From Terrimicrobiaceae bacterium (GTDB lineage Bacteria; Verrucomicrobiota; Verrucomicrobiia; Chthoniobacterales; Terrimicrobiaceae), in NCBI GenBank assembly GCA_041752695.1, contig JBGSVZ010000113.1, positions 52,254 through 116,253 on the forward strand: a stretch of DNA of 64,000 nt, read 5' to 3'. Position numbers and translations under genes: made by a program. Positions within the stretch are counted from its first letter, which is position 1. Each line of letters opens with the position of its first letter. A model generated the notes under the pieces. The model did not search any database and was not told the DNA's origin. It was given only the letters and a program-made list of their open reading frames with translations. Shown piece by piece: positions 39,597-50,550 of the stretch.

Positions 39597-40676
39597 ATGT
39601 CAAAATCCGACGGAATGAACTATGCCCCACAGGGCAAACCGGCGCCGGTTTGCCAGACGGGGGACTTTGTCTTCGCCGCCACCCACCTCGACCACGGCCA
39701 CATCAATGGGCAGTGCAATGGCCTGATCGAAGCCGGCGGGCAGCTCCGCTGGGTCTATGATGCCGACCCCGAGCGTCTGGCCAATTTTTGCCGCAACTAT
39801 CCCGGTGCAAAACCCGCGCCCAGCCTGGAGGCCATCCTGGACGATCCGGCTGTTCAACTCGTCGCCGCCGCCGCCATTCCCAATCTGCGCGGTGCGCTGG
39901 GTTGCCGCGTGATGGAAGCGGGCAAAGACTACTTCACCGATAAAACCCCCTTCACGACCCTCGCCCAACTCGCCACCGCAAGGGAAACCGCCGCCCGCAC
40001 CGGGAAGAAATACATGGTCTATTACAGCGAACGGCTGCACGTGGAATGCGCCGTCATGGCCGGCCAGCTTGTCGAACAAGGTGCCATCGGCCGCGTGGTC
40101 CAGACCATGGGCACCGGACCACATCGCCTGAACGCCCCCTCACGTCCGGCGTGGTTTTTCGACCCTGCCCAATACGGGGGCATCCTTTGCGACATCGGCA
40201 GCCATCAGAGCGAACAGTTCCTTCATTTCACCGGGGCAAAAGACGCGACGGTCAATTTTGCCGCCGTGGCCAATTTCGCGAACCCCGCCCATCCCGGACT
40301 GGAGGATTTCGGCGAAGCTTCGCTCACCGCCGACAACGGGGCTTCCGGGTATTACCGCGTGGACTGGTTCACCCCGGACGGCCTGCGTTCCTGGGGCGAC
40401 GGACGGACGGTCATCCTCGGCACCAAGGGATACATCGAACTTCGCAAATACATCCAGGTCGGGGCGGAAGATCCGCAAGGGGAACACCTCTACCTTGTGG
40501 ATGGCGAAAAAGAACACCACATCCCCTGCGCTGGCAGAGTCGGGTATCCGTTCTTTGGCCAGTTGATTCTCGACTGCCTCAATCGCACGGAAACTGCCAT
40601 GACCCAAGCGCATGCCTTCAAGGCCGCCGAGCTTTGCCTCCAGGCCCAGACCATGGCCCGAGTGCTGAAATCCTAG
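39597..40676 (+). CDS. Gfo/Idh/MocA oxidoreductase
   Basis: LDHGHI, DK.PF, GGILCDIGSH. Confidence 0.88.
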   Translation: MSKSDGMNYAPQGKPAPVCQTGDFVFAATHLDHGHINGQCNGLIEAGGQLRWVYDADPERLANFCRNYPGAKPAPSLEAILDDPAVQLVAAAAIPNLRGALGCRVMEAGKDYFTDKTPFTTLAQLATARETAARTGKKYMVYYSERLHVECAVMAGQLVEQGAIGRVVQTMGTGPHRLNAPSRPAWFFDPAQYGGILCDIGSHQSEQFLHFTGAKDATVNFAAVANFANPAHPGLEDFGEASLTADNGASGYYRVDWFTPDGLRSWGDGRTVILGTKGYIELRKYIQVGAEDPQGEHLYLVDGEKEHHIPCAGRVGYPFFGQLILDCLNRTETAMTQAHAFKAAELCLQAQTMARVLKS

Positions 40677-42202
40677 AGGCGCCCCAGGACCTTGGCCAGA
40701 CGGTGGATGGTCCACGCGGCCATGCTGAAATCTTCAAAAAGCGCGGTGTCGGTCAGCGACTCGGAGGAGAGCTCGTTTTGCACCGCCATCAGGGCCTCTC
40801 CCTTCAGGCGCGTGCTGGCGTGCAATTCGGTCAGCACAGCGGGATCGGCGTGCTCCGCCGCGCGGGTCGCTAGAGCGAGAAGCGCATTCAGCTTTTCCCG
40901 CAGGAGGGGCGGCCCGGTCTGTCGGTGGAATGCTTCGGAAAAATAGCGCACGCCCTCCTCAATGTGACGGATGATGCTCAATTCCACCCGCCGCAGATGC
41001 AGTCGCGAGGCCAGCCGGGCATCGAGCGTATTGCGCGAGGCGAGTTTCGCTGCAAAGTCTTCGATGGCCAGTGCGAGCTTTTCGAAAGCGGGTGGAGAAG
41101 CCTCCGAGTCGACTCTTTTCTCCGGGGGATTTTCCGGCACGTTGACCGTCCCCAACAACCGGGCGAGCTCCCGCTCCATCAGATCGAGCGCGCTGGAGGG
41201 ATCATCGAGCGCGTGGGATCGAAGATAGCGCGGCCGGGCGGGATCATCCGCCAGCTCGCGGTCCGGCCAGAAACGCAGCAACAGGGCCTCGGTTCTTCCC
41301 GGAGCCAGCGAAAGCAACAGGGCCGGCAGAAGATTGGAGAGGAGAAAAACCACCGCCAATTGCGTCGCCATCGACGCGGGCAAAGCCCCGACTCCCGCCG
41401 CGACGAGCGGAACCCCCGCCTGCTCCACGGCATAAAGCGCCACCATGACCACGCCGCTCACAACACAAAAAAAGTCCTCCAGCCGCACCAACCGGAGCTG
41501 CGCCCCCCTCAAACCCGAGGCGAGAAACCAACGTAGTCCGATCGCTCCGAGGTTGGTTCCGTAAATCAGCAGCATGGCGGGGGTCAGGCCAATTAACCCG
41601 CCCGTGGCAAAGGTGATGACGAGCATCGCCGCGCCGGTGTTGGATTGGAGGAGGGCGGCCGCCGCGATCCCTGCCAGAAACGTCCAGACCGGAGAAGAGA
41701 GGGCAGCATTGAGCGCCTCGCGAAACCACGCGGCATCTTTCAGCGGAGCAGCCCCCTGCCCCATCTGCTCCAGGCCGACCAAAATCAACCCCATTCCCAG
41801 CAACGCACCCGCCAGCGTCTGCCAGAACGGAATGCGGATGGTTCCCAAGACGATGCCAGCACCGCCGACGACAAAAGCCACCAGCGGATGGATGTTCAAC
41901 GTCGCAATAAAGGCCAGCGAAGTGAGCCCGACATTGCACCAGATCACAATCGGGGCCGCGGCCCGCGGCTTGAGCAAGCCGGTATCGGTCATGCTAACCA
42001 GAATAAAGGTCACCGCCGTGGCGCTCTGCATCAGGGCCCCGGCCACGAAACCCAACACGCCCCCGGCCAGTGGAGAATGGGTCCCCTGTTTGATCAGCGT
42101 GCGGAAGCCCGATCCACTAAGCCGACGAAGATTTTCTCCGACAAGCCGCAGACCGAGAAAAAACAGCCCAAGTCCGAAAATGAGGCCGTTGAGCGGAGAC
42201 AT
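40673..42202 (-). CDS. Na/Pi cotransporter family protein
   Basis: GLGLFFLG, duplicated QS..A and N.G motifs. Confidence 0.85.
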   Translation of the reverse strand: MSPLNGLIFGLGLFFLGLRLVGENLRRLSGSGFRTLIKQGTHSPLAGGVLGFVAGALMQSATAVTFILVSMTDTGLLKPRAAAPIVIWCNVGLTSLAFIATLNIHPLVAFVVGGAGIVLGTIRIPFWQTLAGALLGMGLILVGLEQMGQGAAPLKDAAWFREALNAALSSPVWTFLAGIAAAALLQSNTGAAMLVITFATGGLIGLTPAMLLIYGTNLGAIGLRWFLASGLRGAQLRLVRLEDFFCVVSGVVMVALYAVEQAGVPLVAAGVGALPASMATQLAVVFLLSNLLPALLLSLAPGRTEALLLRFWPDRELADDPARPRYLRSHALDDPSSALDLMERELARLLGTVNVPENPPEKRVDSEASPPAFEKLALAIEDFAAKLASRNTLDARLASRLHLRRVELSIIRHIEEGVRYFSEAFHRQTGPPLLREKLNALLALATRAAEHADPAVLTELHASTRLKGEALMAVQNELSSESLTDTALFEDFSMAAWTIHRLAKVLGRL

Positions 42203-42228
42203 CCAGGCAATCCGGGGTCAGCCCGCTT

Positions 42229-42891
42229 TCACGGAACGACAAAATCCGGGTTCACCAGCCACATTTCGGGCTCGTAGGAATTGGTGGTCAAAAACTTGGC
42301 CGATCCGTCGGCGAACAAATACACCGATCCGTTGCCGTACAGTTTCAAGTCGAGGACATCCTGATGGTTGCCGTTCGTCCCCTCCAACATATCCATATAA
42401 AAATGGCCACTGCCCGGCCGCGGGGTGCCCAGCAAAATCACACTTCCCGGGCGATCGAGCTGGTTGATCCGAACCTCAGCCGCGGCATTGGTGAACGCTC
42501 CAATGTCGTTGTAACCGTTCATGATATAGCTGGTGTTGTTCTTCGCATCGTCGAGCGGATCCAGCTTCCGAAAAATATAATTACTCCGATCTCCCACCGC
42601 CGCATAAACGCGCACGTCGCCCAGGTAGTCTCCGATCAGGCGGGGCCATTTCGCGCCGTCGTTGGTGCCCTGCACCCGCCGGGGCAGCCGCATTTCGTTT
42701 TCCCCGGCATAGGTAAAAAACGCCGCTCCGATCTGCCGCAGATTGCTAAGCGAGGCCGTCCTCTGGGAATAGAGTTTCAAGTTTTGCCAGTTCGCCGCCA
42801 CCGTCACGGCGAGCACCCCGATGATGGCAATGACGACCAGAAGCTCGATCAGCGTGAAGCCACGCCAGCTGCGTTGCAGGGAAGTCTTCAC
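42229..42891 (-). CDS. Prepilin-type N-terminal cleavage/methylation protein
   Basis: GFTLIELLVVIAII, SNLRQIG, C-terminal LFADG. Confidence 0.92.
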   Translation of the reverse strand: MKTSLQRSWRGFTLIELLVVIAIIGVLAVTVAANWQNLKLYSQRTASLSNLRQIGAAFFTYAGENEMRLPRRVQGTNDGAKWPRLIGDYLGDVRVYAAVGDRSNYIFRKLDPLDDAKNNTSYIMNGYNDIGAFTNAAAEVRINQLDRPGSVILLGTPRPGSGHFYMDMLEGTNGNHQDVLDLKLYGNGSVYLFADGSAKFLTTNSYEPEMWLVNPDFVVP

Positions 42892-42903
42892 GGCCTCGTT
42901 TCC

Positions 42904-43329
42904 CTACAAACTTCCCACGTAGATCGCCGTGTGAGGGCCGAACCGCGCCGGCACGCCCTTCGCAGGCGGGGTCACCACGATATACCCGTCCATGCCGACA
43001 ATCTTCGCCGTCTTCGCATCCCAGATCACCACACAGAGGGCCGTTTCGGGGGCGGGAATTTTTCCGCCCAGGGAAGCGACCTGCTCCGGATTCAGGCCGA
43101 GGGTCTTGACCGCGAGTTGAGGCGAAGTGGACTTGAGAAACTGGGTGCGTTTCTCCTCGCTCCAGCGCTCGTAAATGGATGCCCCCCGGTGTTTGCCCAG
43201 GAGAAGCTGCTCTGCCGAGGCCGTCACCGTCGTCACCGCGGAATCCACTACCACCGGCTTTTCGGGAGTCGCACATCCCGCCATCAGAATCGCCCCGGCC
43301 AGGAGAAACGCGCGAACGGTCGCTTTCAT
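42904..43329 (-). CDS. Lipoprotein of unknown function
   Basis: MAGC lipobox; paralog of upstream gene. Confidence 0.8.
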   Translation of the reverse strand: MKATVRAFLLAGAILMAGCATPEKPVVVDSAVTTVTASAEQLLLGKHRGASIYERWSEEKRTQFLKSTSPQLAVKTLGLNPEQVASLGGKIPAPETALCVVIWDAKTAKIVGMDGYIVVTPPAKGVPARFGPHTAIYVGSL

Positions 43330-43805
43330 CAAAATGTTCCCACGTATTGGGCGGAGTAGGTGTCGAACCGCACATCCGCCCCGGGCGTCGGGAGCTTCAA
43401 GACGGCGTAACAATCGGTCCCCACCACCTCCCGCGTTTGAGTGTCCCAGATCATCACACAATACACCTTCTTCGGAGCGCTGGGCGTCGTCGCGCCATAC
43501 GGGCCCGACGCGGCCGCCGGTTTTGCCATTTCGCGGCGAATCTCAACCATCTGCGCCGGCGTGGGATCTTCGGTGCGCACCGCCAGATACCGCGTCCCCG
43601 AGTCCTTCAGAGTCTTCTTTTTTTCGGTCGGCATCTTTTCGTAAGCCTCGGAAGCCCGCCGGTCCGCCACCTGGATCTGCCTCGTCGTGGCGCGGTAAAC
43701 CCCCACCGCCCAATCCCCGGCAAAACTCCACAATTTTCCCGCGGTCGCACACCCCGAGAGCAGCAGAACCGCCCCGAGGAAAAATGTCTGCAGTCTGATT
43801 TTCAT
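43329..43805 (-). CDS. Lipoprotein of unknown function
   Basis: LSGC lipobox; CVMIWD...VG.D.Y...RF...YVG shared with neighbour. Confidence 0.8.
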   Translation of the reverse strand: MKIRLQTFFLGAVLLLSGCATAGKLWSFAGDWAVGVYRATTRQIQVADRRASEAYEKMPTEKKKTLKDSGTRYLAVRTEDPTPAQMVEIRREMAKPAAASGPYGATTPSAPKKVYCVMIWDTQTREVVGTDCYAVLKLPTPGADVRFDTYSAQYVGTF

Positions 43806-43817
43806 GGCGCGTTGACC

Positions 43818-45656
43818 CTAGAGCCGGGAGATCAAAAGCTCACGCTGAAAAATCAGTTCCTTCGGCAGGCTGGAATACAGTTTGAAAAACAATTCATCCT
43901 GCATCAGCAGCTCCCGCTGCCATTCCTCGGCATCGATTTTTTGCATACCGTCAAATTTCTCCGCCGTGATTTCTCCCTCGATTCCCTTCATGTCGAGGTC
44001 CTCATACTGCGGCACCCAGCCGACGGACGTTTCCAATGCATGAGCGCCGAATCCGCAACGCTGGACGATCCACTTGAGCACGCGCATGTTTTCGCCGAAC
44101 CCTGGCCAGAGAAACTTGCCTTCGTCGCTCTTGCGGAACCAGTTCACGTGGAAAATCCGGGGCAGATGCTTCACTTTGCCGCGCATCTCCAGCCAATGGG
44201 CAAAATAATCCCCCATGTTATATCCGCAAAACGGCAGCATGGCCATCGGGTCACGGCGCACTTGACCGACCGTTCCCGCCGCTGCGGCCGTCATCTCCGA
44301 GCCCATCGTGGCTCCCAGATAGACTCCATGAATCCAGTTGAAGGCCTGGAAAATCAACGGCATCGTCGTGGCCCGGCGGCCCCCGAAGATCATGGCACTC
44401 ACCCGCACGCCGTCTGGATTTTCCCAGTCGGGGTCAATGATCGGACAATTTTTTGCCGGGGCGGTGAAACGGCTGTTGGGATGACTCGAGAGCACCGGCT
44501 TGCCCTCGGCGTCCCTCTGTCCGGGCGTCCAGTCCTTGCCCTTCCAGTCAATCAGGTGAGCAGGAGGCTCCTTGGTCATGCCCTCCCACCACACATCCCC
44601 GTCGTCCGTCAGGGCAACGTTGGTAAAGATGGTGTCCTTCCGGGCCGAGTCCATCGCCATGGGATTGCTGTCGTAAGATGTCCCGGGAGCGACGCCGAAA
44701 AATCCCGCCTCAGGATTGATGGCGTGCAACCACCCGTCGGGGCCGGGTTTGATCCAGGCAATATCGTCCCCAACACAGGTCACTTCCCAACCCTGTTCTT
44801 TGAGCTCCTTCGGCGGAATGAGCATGGCGAAATTCGTTTTCCCGCAGGCGCTCGGAAACGCGGCGGTCACGCAGGTCTTTTTGCCGTCCGGGGCTTTCAC
44901 CGCCAGAATCAACATGTGCTCGGCCATCCAACCTTCATCGCGGCCCATCACCGAGGCAATGCGCAGGGCGAAACATTTTTTCCCAAGCAGCGCGTTGCCG
45001 CCGTAACCAGAACCGAAACTCATGATGAGACGGTCTTCGGGAAAATGGGTGATGTAGGTGTTGGCGGGATCACAGGGCCAGGCGACATCCGCCCGGCCGT
45101 CCAAGGGGTATCCCACCGAATGCAGGCATTTCACAAAGGTCTCTTCGCCGCCGATCTGATCGTAAACTTTCGCACCCATCCGGGTCATGATCCGCATATT
45201 CGCCACCACGTAGGGGCTGTCGGAAATTTCGATGCCGTATTGGGAAATCGGCGAGCCCACCGGGCCCATGCAAAAGGGAACCACGTAAAGAGTGCGACCC
45301 TTCATGCAGCCTTTGAAAAGGCCCTCCAGCCGGGCCTTCATCGCGCGGGGATCCTCCCAGTTATTGGTCGGACCGGCATCCTTGGGCGACTGGGAACAGA
45401 TGAAGGTGCGCTGCTCGACTCGGGCCACGTCCCGGGGATCACTGCGCACCAGCAGGCAATTCGGACGTTTTACCGGGTCCAGCCAGAGCGCGGCCCCCGA
45501 CTCCACGAGGCGCTGACGCATCAATTGGTCCTCCTCTTCCGACCCATCACACCAGAAAATGGCGTCGGGAGTGGCAAGGTCGGCAATCGATTGAACCCAC
45601 TCGAGAACAGCGGGATTGGCGGGTTTATTCTGTCCGAGGGCGGAAAGGGCTTTCAT
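43818..45656 (-). CDS. pckG: Phosphoenolpyruvate carboxykinase (GTP)
   Basis: [40 protein letters not shown]. Confidence 0.97.
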   Translation of the reverse strand: MKALSALGQNKPANPAVLEWVQSIADLATPDAIFWCDGSEEEDQLMRQRLVESGAALWLDPVKRPNCLLVRSDPRDVARVEQRTFICSQSPKDAGPTNNWEDPRAMKARLEGLFKGCMKGRTLYVVPFCMGPVGSPISQYGIEISDSPYVVANMRIMTRMGAKVYDQIGGEETFVKCLHSVGYPLDGRADVAWPCDPANTYITHFPEDRLIMSFGSGYGGNALLGKKCFALRIASVMGRDEGWMAEHMLILAVKAPDGKKTCVTAAFPSACGKTNFAMLIPPKELKEQGWEVTCVGDDIAWIKPGPDGWLHAINPEAGFFGVAPGTSYDSNPMAMDSARKDTIFTNVALTDDGDVWWEGMTKEPPAHLIDWKGKDWTPGQRDAEGKPVLSSHPNSRFTAPAKNCPIIDPDWENPDGVRVSAMIFGGRRATTMPLIFQAFNWIHGVYLGATMGSEMTAAAAGTVGQVRRDPMAMLPFCGYNMGDYFAHWLEMRGKVKHLPRIFHVNWFRKSDEGKFLWPGFGENMRVLKWIVQRCGFGAHALETSVGWVPQYEDLDMKGIEGEITAEKFDGMQKIDAEEWQRELLMQDELFFKLYSSLPKELIFQRELLISRL

Positions 45657-45769
45657 AGGAGTGAATTGGTAGGAATTGGGAGAGGAAAACGCCGAGCCTA
45701 AACAGAAGTTCCCCCAAAGGAAAGTTTCCTTGTTTCGCCGCCGACCCGGAGTACAGTGAGAATCTGTCG

Positions 45770-46636
45770 ATGATCGCGAACCGGAACTCCGAGCAATGCT
45801 ATCCGCTAACGTGGGTCGGGCGGGTACCGGTGTACCTTGCCACCGTGCTGGCAGCCGTTCAGGCGGTTTCGATGATTCTAACCTCGCTGGCCATGGCCGG
45901 GGGCGGACCCATGGCAGGCGGAAACAGCCTCCTGGCACCGTTGGTCTTTTCTTATCCGACCGCCATCGGTGATCTCGCCGTCTGGCAGTTCGTCACCTAC
46001 GCGTTCATCAACCCGCCGGATCTGTTTTTTGTCATCCAGCTTTTCATGTTCGCTTGGTTCGGCAGCGAGGTGGAAAAATTTCTCGGCCGGAAATCGTTCG
46101 CGTGGCTTTGCGGACTCCTCCTCATCGCCATGCCGGCCCTCCTCGCAGTTTTCGGAGTTTTCGGAGTCATTCTCCCCTATCAGGGAGCCGGTGCGCTCAA
46201 TTTTTCCATCTTCCTCGCGTTTGTCCTCATCTATCCCCGGGCCCAGATCTTCTTCGGCATCGAAGCGCGCTGGATCGCCATGATTCTCATGGCTGTCAAC
46301 TCCCTGCAGAGCCTCGCTTATAACGCCTGGGCGCAACTCATCATGCTCTGGTGGGGCCTGGCTGTCGTGGCTATCTGGCTGAAATTCGAAGGCCTCGCCA
46401 GCTTGGAGACGCCGTCGGTTTCAGGCTTTCTCAAACGCAAACACTCCGAAGGCAAACTCAAGGTCGTGCGCGAGGAAAAGCCGAAACCCAAAGTCGAGGA
46501 ACCCGGCGTCCACGACTCCATCGACCCTATTTTGGAAAAAATCGCCCGGCAGGGCATCGGCAGCCTGTCGCGCGCCGAGCGTGAGAAGTTGGAGCGCGCC
46601 CGGACCGCCCTCCTGGAGAAGGAGCGCGGACATTGA
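45770..46636 (+). CDS. Rhomboid-like membrane protein with C-terminal DUF6576-like helical domain
   Basis: WQFVTY.F; D.ILEKI...G..SLS..E; canonical GxS/H dyad not evident. Confidence 0.7.
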   Translation: MIANRNSEQCYPLTWVGRVPVYLATVLAAVQAVSMILTSLAMAGGGPMAGGNSLLAPLVFSYPTAIGDLAVWQFVTYAFINPPDLFFVIQLFMFAWFGSEVEKFLGRKSFAWLCGLLLIAMPALLAVFGVFGVILPYQGAGALNFSIFLAFVLIYPRAQIFFGIEARWIAMILMAVNSLQSLAYNAWAQLIMLWWGLAVVAIWLKFEGLASLETPSVSGFLKRKHSEGKLKVVREEKPKPKVEEPGVHDSIDPILEKIARQGIGSLSRAEREKLERARTALLEKERGH

Positions 46637-47358
46637 CGACTGAGACTCCTCCGCCCGAGATCCCCCGCAACGACACCTCGGGCATGCCCCTGCCCAGCCT
46701 GAAGGACGCGTGTTACGTCAACGCGATGATCCATTTTTATCGCGGTGAACTTGGCCGCATCATGATCTGGCGTCAGCGCCTCGACGTCACGACCACCTGG
46801 GCCATTACCAGCACCACTTCCATCATCACGGTGGCGTTTTCCTTCCCGAACGTCCCGCATATCGTCTTCTTCTTTAATCTGGCCTTTATCTGGATGCTCC
46901 TCTGGATCGAAGCGCGGCGCTATCGCTTTTACGATGCCTTCCGCGGACGCGTGCGCATGCTGGAGTCCCACTTCCTCGTTCCCATGATCTCGCAAAGCCA
47001 GAACCTGCTGGACGGGGAATGGCGCCGCCTCGTCTGCGAAGACCTCATCCTGCCCTCTTTCAAAATCAGCAAGCTTGAGGCGGTGGCGCGGCGATTGAAA
47101 CGCAATTACGTCTTTATTTTTGCCATCATCATGATCGCCTGGACGCTGAAGGTCTTCGTTCACGCGACCGAGCCCATCAATACTCCGATGGCCTTTTACC
47201 GCTCCCTCTCCGTCCATGCCCTGCCGGCCTGGTTCGCATGCATCGTCTATCTCGGAACCATCGTCATCGTCACGGCCCTCATGATCTACGTCTCCCGCAA
47301 GTCCACCGAAGAAGTCGGAGAATTCGGTTCCAGCAACAGTTCTCTTTGGAAAATATGA
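46633..47358 (+). CDS. DUF2270-like membrane protein
   Basis: HFYRGE..R...WR.RLD.TT.WA, EARRYR. Confidence 0.85.
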   Translation: MTTETPPPEIPRNDTSGMPLPSLKDACYVNAMIHFYRGELGRIMIWRQRLDVTTTWAITSTTSIITVAFSFPNVPHIVFFFNLAFIWMLLWIEARRYRFYDAFRGRVRMLESHFLVPMISQSQNLLDGEWRRLVCEDLILPSFKISKLEAVARRLKRNYVFIFAIIMIAWTLKVFVHATEPINTPMAFYRSLSVHALPAWFACIVYLGTIVIVTALMIYVSRKSTEEVGEFGSSNSSLWKI

Positions 47359-48125
47359 GCGACGTCTCCCGCCTCAAAGAGATCGTCGCCCGCCTGCGCG
47401 CGCCGGATGGCTGTCCGTGGGACCGCGAACAAACCCACGAGAGTCTGCGCGCCGCCCTCGTCGAGGAATGTTACGAGGCCGTTGAAGCCATCGAGAAAGC
47501 GGACGACGTCAATCTTCGCGAGGAACTCGGCGACCTCTTGCTTCATGTGGTGATGCATGCCCACATGGCTGGCGAACGCCAGGCCTTCAGCTTCGAGGAA
47601 GTTGTGGAAGGCATCTGCGAGAAACTCATCCGCCGCCATCCGCATGTGTTTAGCGATGGCGCGGCGGAAGACACCACTGAAGTCCTACGCCAGTGGGAAC
47701 AAATCAAACGGGCTGAAAAAGGGGACCGCGCCTCCATCATGGACGGACTTCCCACCTCGTTGCCCGGCCTCATGCGCGCGCAAAATGCCCAGAAGAAAGC
47801 CGCCCGCGTCGGCTTCGACTGGGACGATGCTTCCGGCGTGTTCGCCAAGCTGGAAGAAGAAATCGCCGAACTTAAGGAAGCCGTCGCCAGCGGCAACGCC
47901 CGCCACACCGAAGAGGAACTTGGCGACCTGTTTTTCAGCATGGTCAATCTCGCCCGCAAACTCCACATCGACAGCGAAACCGCCATCGCCGGTTCCACGC
48001 GGAAATTCATCCGGCGGTTCCGCGAGGTCGAAGCCGCCATCACCGCGCGCGGCGGCAAGGTCGAGGACAGCACCCCGACGGAAATGAACGCGCTCTGGGA
48101 CGAAGCGAAACGCAACGGACAGTGA
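47355..48125 (+). CDS. mazG: Nucleoside triphosphate pyrophosphohydrolase MazG
   Basis: GCPWDREQT, EELGD twice, RRHPHVF. Confidence 0.95.
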   Translation: MSDVSRLKEIVARLRAPDGCPWDREQTHESLRAALVEECYEAVEAIEKADDVNLREELGDLLLHVVMHAHMAGERQAFSFEEVVEGICEKLIRRHPHVFSDGAAEDTTEVLRQWEQIKRAEKGDRASIMDGLPTSLPGLMRAQNAQKKAARVGFDWDDASGVFAKLEEEIAELKEAVASGNARHTEEELGDLFFSMVNLARKLHIDSETAIAGSTRKFIRRFREVEAAITARGGKVEDSTPTEMNALWDEAKRNGQ

Positions 48126-49087
48126 ATGTCCTCAATCCCGGCGGACGCGATCCCGCGCAGCTTTTCCCCGCCGGCGCAGGCACCCCGCTCGACCCCGGAC
48201 ACCCGCCCGTCAACTACCACGCCTACGCCGCCTGCTGCCACGGCGGATTTTTTCGGAAGACGAAGGAGATTCCCGCCGAGGCGAAAGACATCGTCGTCCT
48301 GCTCCGCCGCACCGGCCTCGATGACGCCCTCCGCGCCATTCGCGAACTGAAAAAGTCCGGCCGCCGCGCCTTCATCTCCTGGAAAGAATCCGGCCTCCAT
48401 CAAGTCGCCGAGGCCCTCTCCGACGCGAAACGCCACGAGGCCTTCCGTGCTATCTGCCGGGAGGCCGATGGATTTCTTTCCAGCACGCCCGAACTCGTCC
48501 CCCTCTACAGCGCCGCAGGCTGCAAGGCCGGTGCCTTTGTGCCCACCCCGTATCCAGTTGATTACGAGAAGTGGGATTTTTCGCGAAACATCGAGGAGCG
48601 TGTCGGCATCTTCATCGGCACCCGGGAGTTCACCGTCCCCTCGCGCAATCACCTCCTGGCGATCACCACCGCCTGCACCCTCGGTCCCGTGACCGTGATC
48701 AACACCGACGGCGGCAACGGGGAACGTCTCCTGCGCAGCATTTCGCCAGAGATTCGCATCATTTCCGGCACGCTGCCCTACCCGGAATACCTGCGCCTGA
48801 TGGCCTCGCACCGCATCGTTTTCCAACTCGACCGCAGTGCCGTCCCCGGACAGGTCGCCGGCGATGCCCTCCTCGCGCGCGTCCCCTGCCTGGGCGGCGA
48901 TGGAGCCGTGGACCGCATCGCTTTCGAAAGACTTTCCGGCCCGCAAATCGACGCGGTCGAACTCGCCCAGGAACTCCTCACCGACGACGACTCCTACCGC
49001 CGCGAAATCGACCGCAGCCAGCGCGCCGCCTCGGAGCACCTCAGTTTTTCTGCAGTCGCGGAGCGCCTGAGGGAGGTCCTCGGCTAA
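48122..49087 (+). CDS. Hypothetical protein, glycosyltransferase-like fold possible
   Basis: GTGA overlap; weak GT-B-like C-terminus. Confidence 0.6.
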   Translation: MNVLNPGGRDPAQLFPAGAGTPLDPGHPPVNYHAYAACCHGGFFRKTKEIPAEAKDIVVLLRRTGLDDALRAIRELKKSGRRAFISWKESGLHQVAEALSDAKRHEAFRAICREADGFLSSTPELVPLYSAAGCKAGAFVPTPYPVDYEKWDFSRNIEERVGIFIGTREFTVPSRNHLLAITTACTLGPVTVINTDGGNGERLLRSISPEIRIISGTLPYPEYLRLMASHRIVFQLDRSAVPGQVAGDALLARVPCLGGDGAVDRIAFERLSGPQIDAVELAQELLTDDDSYRREIDRSQRAASEHLSFSAVAERLREVLG

Positions 49088-49115
49088 GAATTCTTTTCGG
49101 CGAGAGAATTCCAGA

Positions 49116-49174
49116 GTTGGAGTCCAGCCTTTAGGCTGTCCTGGGAAGGCACACGCTAAAGCGTGAACTCCAAC
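49116..49174. repeat. REP doublet (REPIN-like) between convergent genes
   Basis: GTTGGAGTC-CAGCC-TTTA-GGCTG ... CACGC-TAAA-GCGTG-AACTCCAAC, inverted pair each with its own hairpin. Confidence 0.75.
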
Positions 49175-49225
49175 ACAGGGTCCAAACCGGCACCACCATA
49201 GAGAACCCGAAACGCAGACCCCTGG

Positions 49226-50428
49226 TCAGTCAATCGTCTCCCCGCGCAGTTCCAGCACCCGCCGAATCGTATCCTCGATCAGGTTATTCGGACAACTCGC
49301 TCCTGCCGTCACCCCAACCGTGAGCAAATCCTTGGCAGGCAGCCAATCCTGGCTGGTGACCTGAACTTTACGATGGATGTCGAAGTGCTGGATTTCCTGG
49401 TCGGAGAGAAGGCATTCCGAATTCCGCACAAACCATGTGGGCAGCTTGCGTTCGCCGATTTCCACCAGATGGGTCGTGTTGGAGCTGTTGTAGCCACCGA
49501 CAACGAGAAGCAAATCGAGGGATTCGTCGAGGAGGCCGAAGAGGGCGTCCTGACGCTCCTGGGTGGCTCCGCAGATGGTGTCGAAATAGCGGAAATTTTC
49601 TGTGCTGCCTCCGTCCCGCGTCGCGATGGCCTCCCGGATCATGCCCTGAATCTGCTCGGTCTCACTGCGCAGCATGGTGGTCTGATTGGCCACGCCCACG
49701 CGCTGCAAGTGAACATCGGGATCAAATCCAGGCGAGTGCGCATTGGGAAACCTCGCCAGCAACGTTTCCTTGTCCCCGCCGTCGCGCAGGTAGTCGCAGA
49801 CAATCTTGGTTTCTTCGAGATCGAGCACGATCAGGTAATGCCCCTGCCCGTCGGGCCCAAGGGCGCGGGAGGCGGTGGCACGGGTTTCCTCATGGGCGGA
49901 TTTGCCGTGAATGATGCTGGTGGCTTTTTCCACGGCGTTCTGCCGCACGCGTTTCCACACACTCATCACGTCGCCGCAGGTCGTATCCACGATCTGGCAG
50001 CCATGGGCCTTCACCGCGTCGACGATCGGCACCTCGGCACCAAACGCCGGGACAATCACGACGTCCTCGGGGGTCAGATTGTCGATATCGGCGTCCGAAG
50101 GGTGCGCCGCCATGTGGTGGATGCCCATGGCGGAAAGCTGGGCGTTCACGTCGGGGTTGTGAATGATCTCACCGAGCAGAAAAATGCGACGCTCGGGAAA
50201 CACCTTCCGCGCGGCGTAGGCCAGGTCAATGGCACGCTCGACGCCGTAGCAAAAGCCAAACTGCTTCGCGAGGCGAACCACCGTATTTCCCTGCCGCAAC
50301 ACTCCTCCCTGGCCGCGGACGCGCTCGACGAGCTGACTCCGGTAGTGCCCCTCCACCTCCGCCTGCACGCGCGCCATCACATCAGGCGTACGGAGATTGA
50401 CCCGGGGACGGACGGCAGGCGCGCTCAC
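49226..50428 (-). CDS. ispH: 4-hydroxy-3-methylbut-2-enyl diphosphate reductase
   Basis: GFCYGV, IIHN, D.TC, HEET, QTT, TIC.AT..RQ, SSN, TAGAS. Confidence 0.96.
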   Translation of the reverse strand: MSAPAVRPRVNLRTPDVMARVQAEVEGHYRSQLVERVRGQGGVLRQGNTVVRLAKQFGFCYGVERAIDLAYAARKVFPERRIFLLGEIIHNPDVNAQLSAMGIHHMAAHPSDADIDNLTPEDVVIVPAFGAEVPIVDAVKAHGCQIVDTTCGDVMSVWKRVRQNAVEKATSIIHGKSAHEETRATASRALGPDGQGHYLIVLDLEETKIVCDYLRDGGDKETLLARFPNAHSPGFDPDVHLQRVGVANQTTMLRSETEQIQGMIREAIATRDGGSTENFRYFDTICGATQERQDALFGLLDESLDLLLVVGGYNSSNTTHLVEIGERKLPTWFVRNSECLLSDQEIQHFDIHRKVQVTSQDWLPAKDLLTVGVTAGASCPNNLIEDTIRRVLELRGETID

Positions 50429-50550
50429 GAGGAAGAAGACGTCGCAACGTTGGAAAATCGAACCATCCGATAAAGAGGGCGAAAACTCCCCCAGTTGTCA
50501 AACCCCCAGACTTCTGTTGCGTCCGGCGGCCCGCTCCGTATTATCCTCGG

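Noticed and set aside
43179..45701. 840-aa plus-strand ORF
   Set aside because: Antisense shadow of PEPCK and the lipoprotein genes; no motifs
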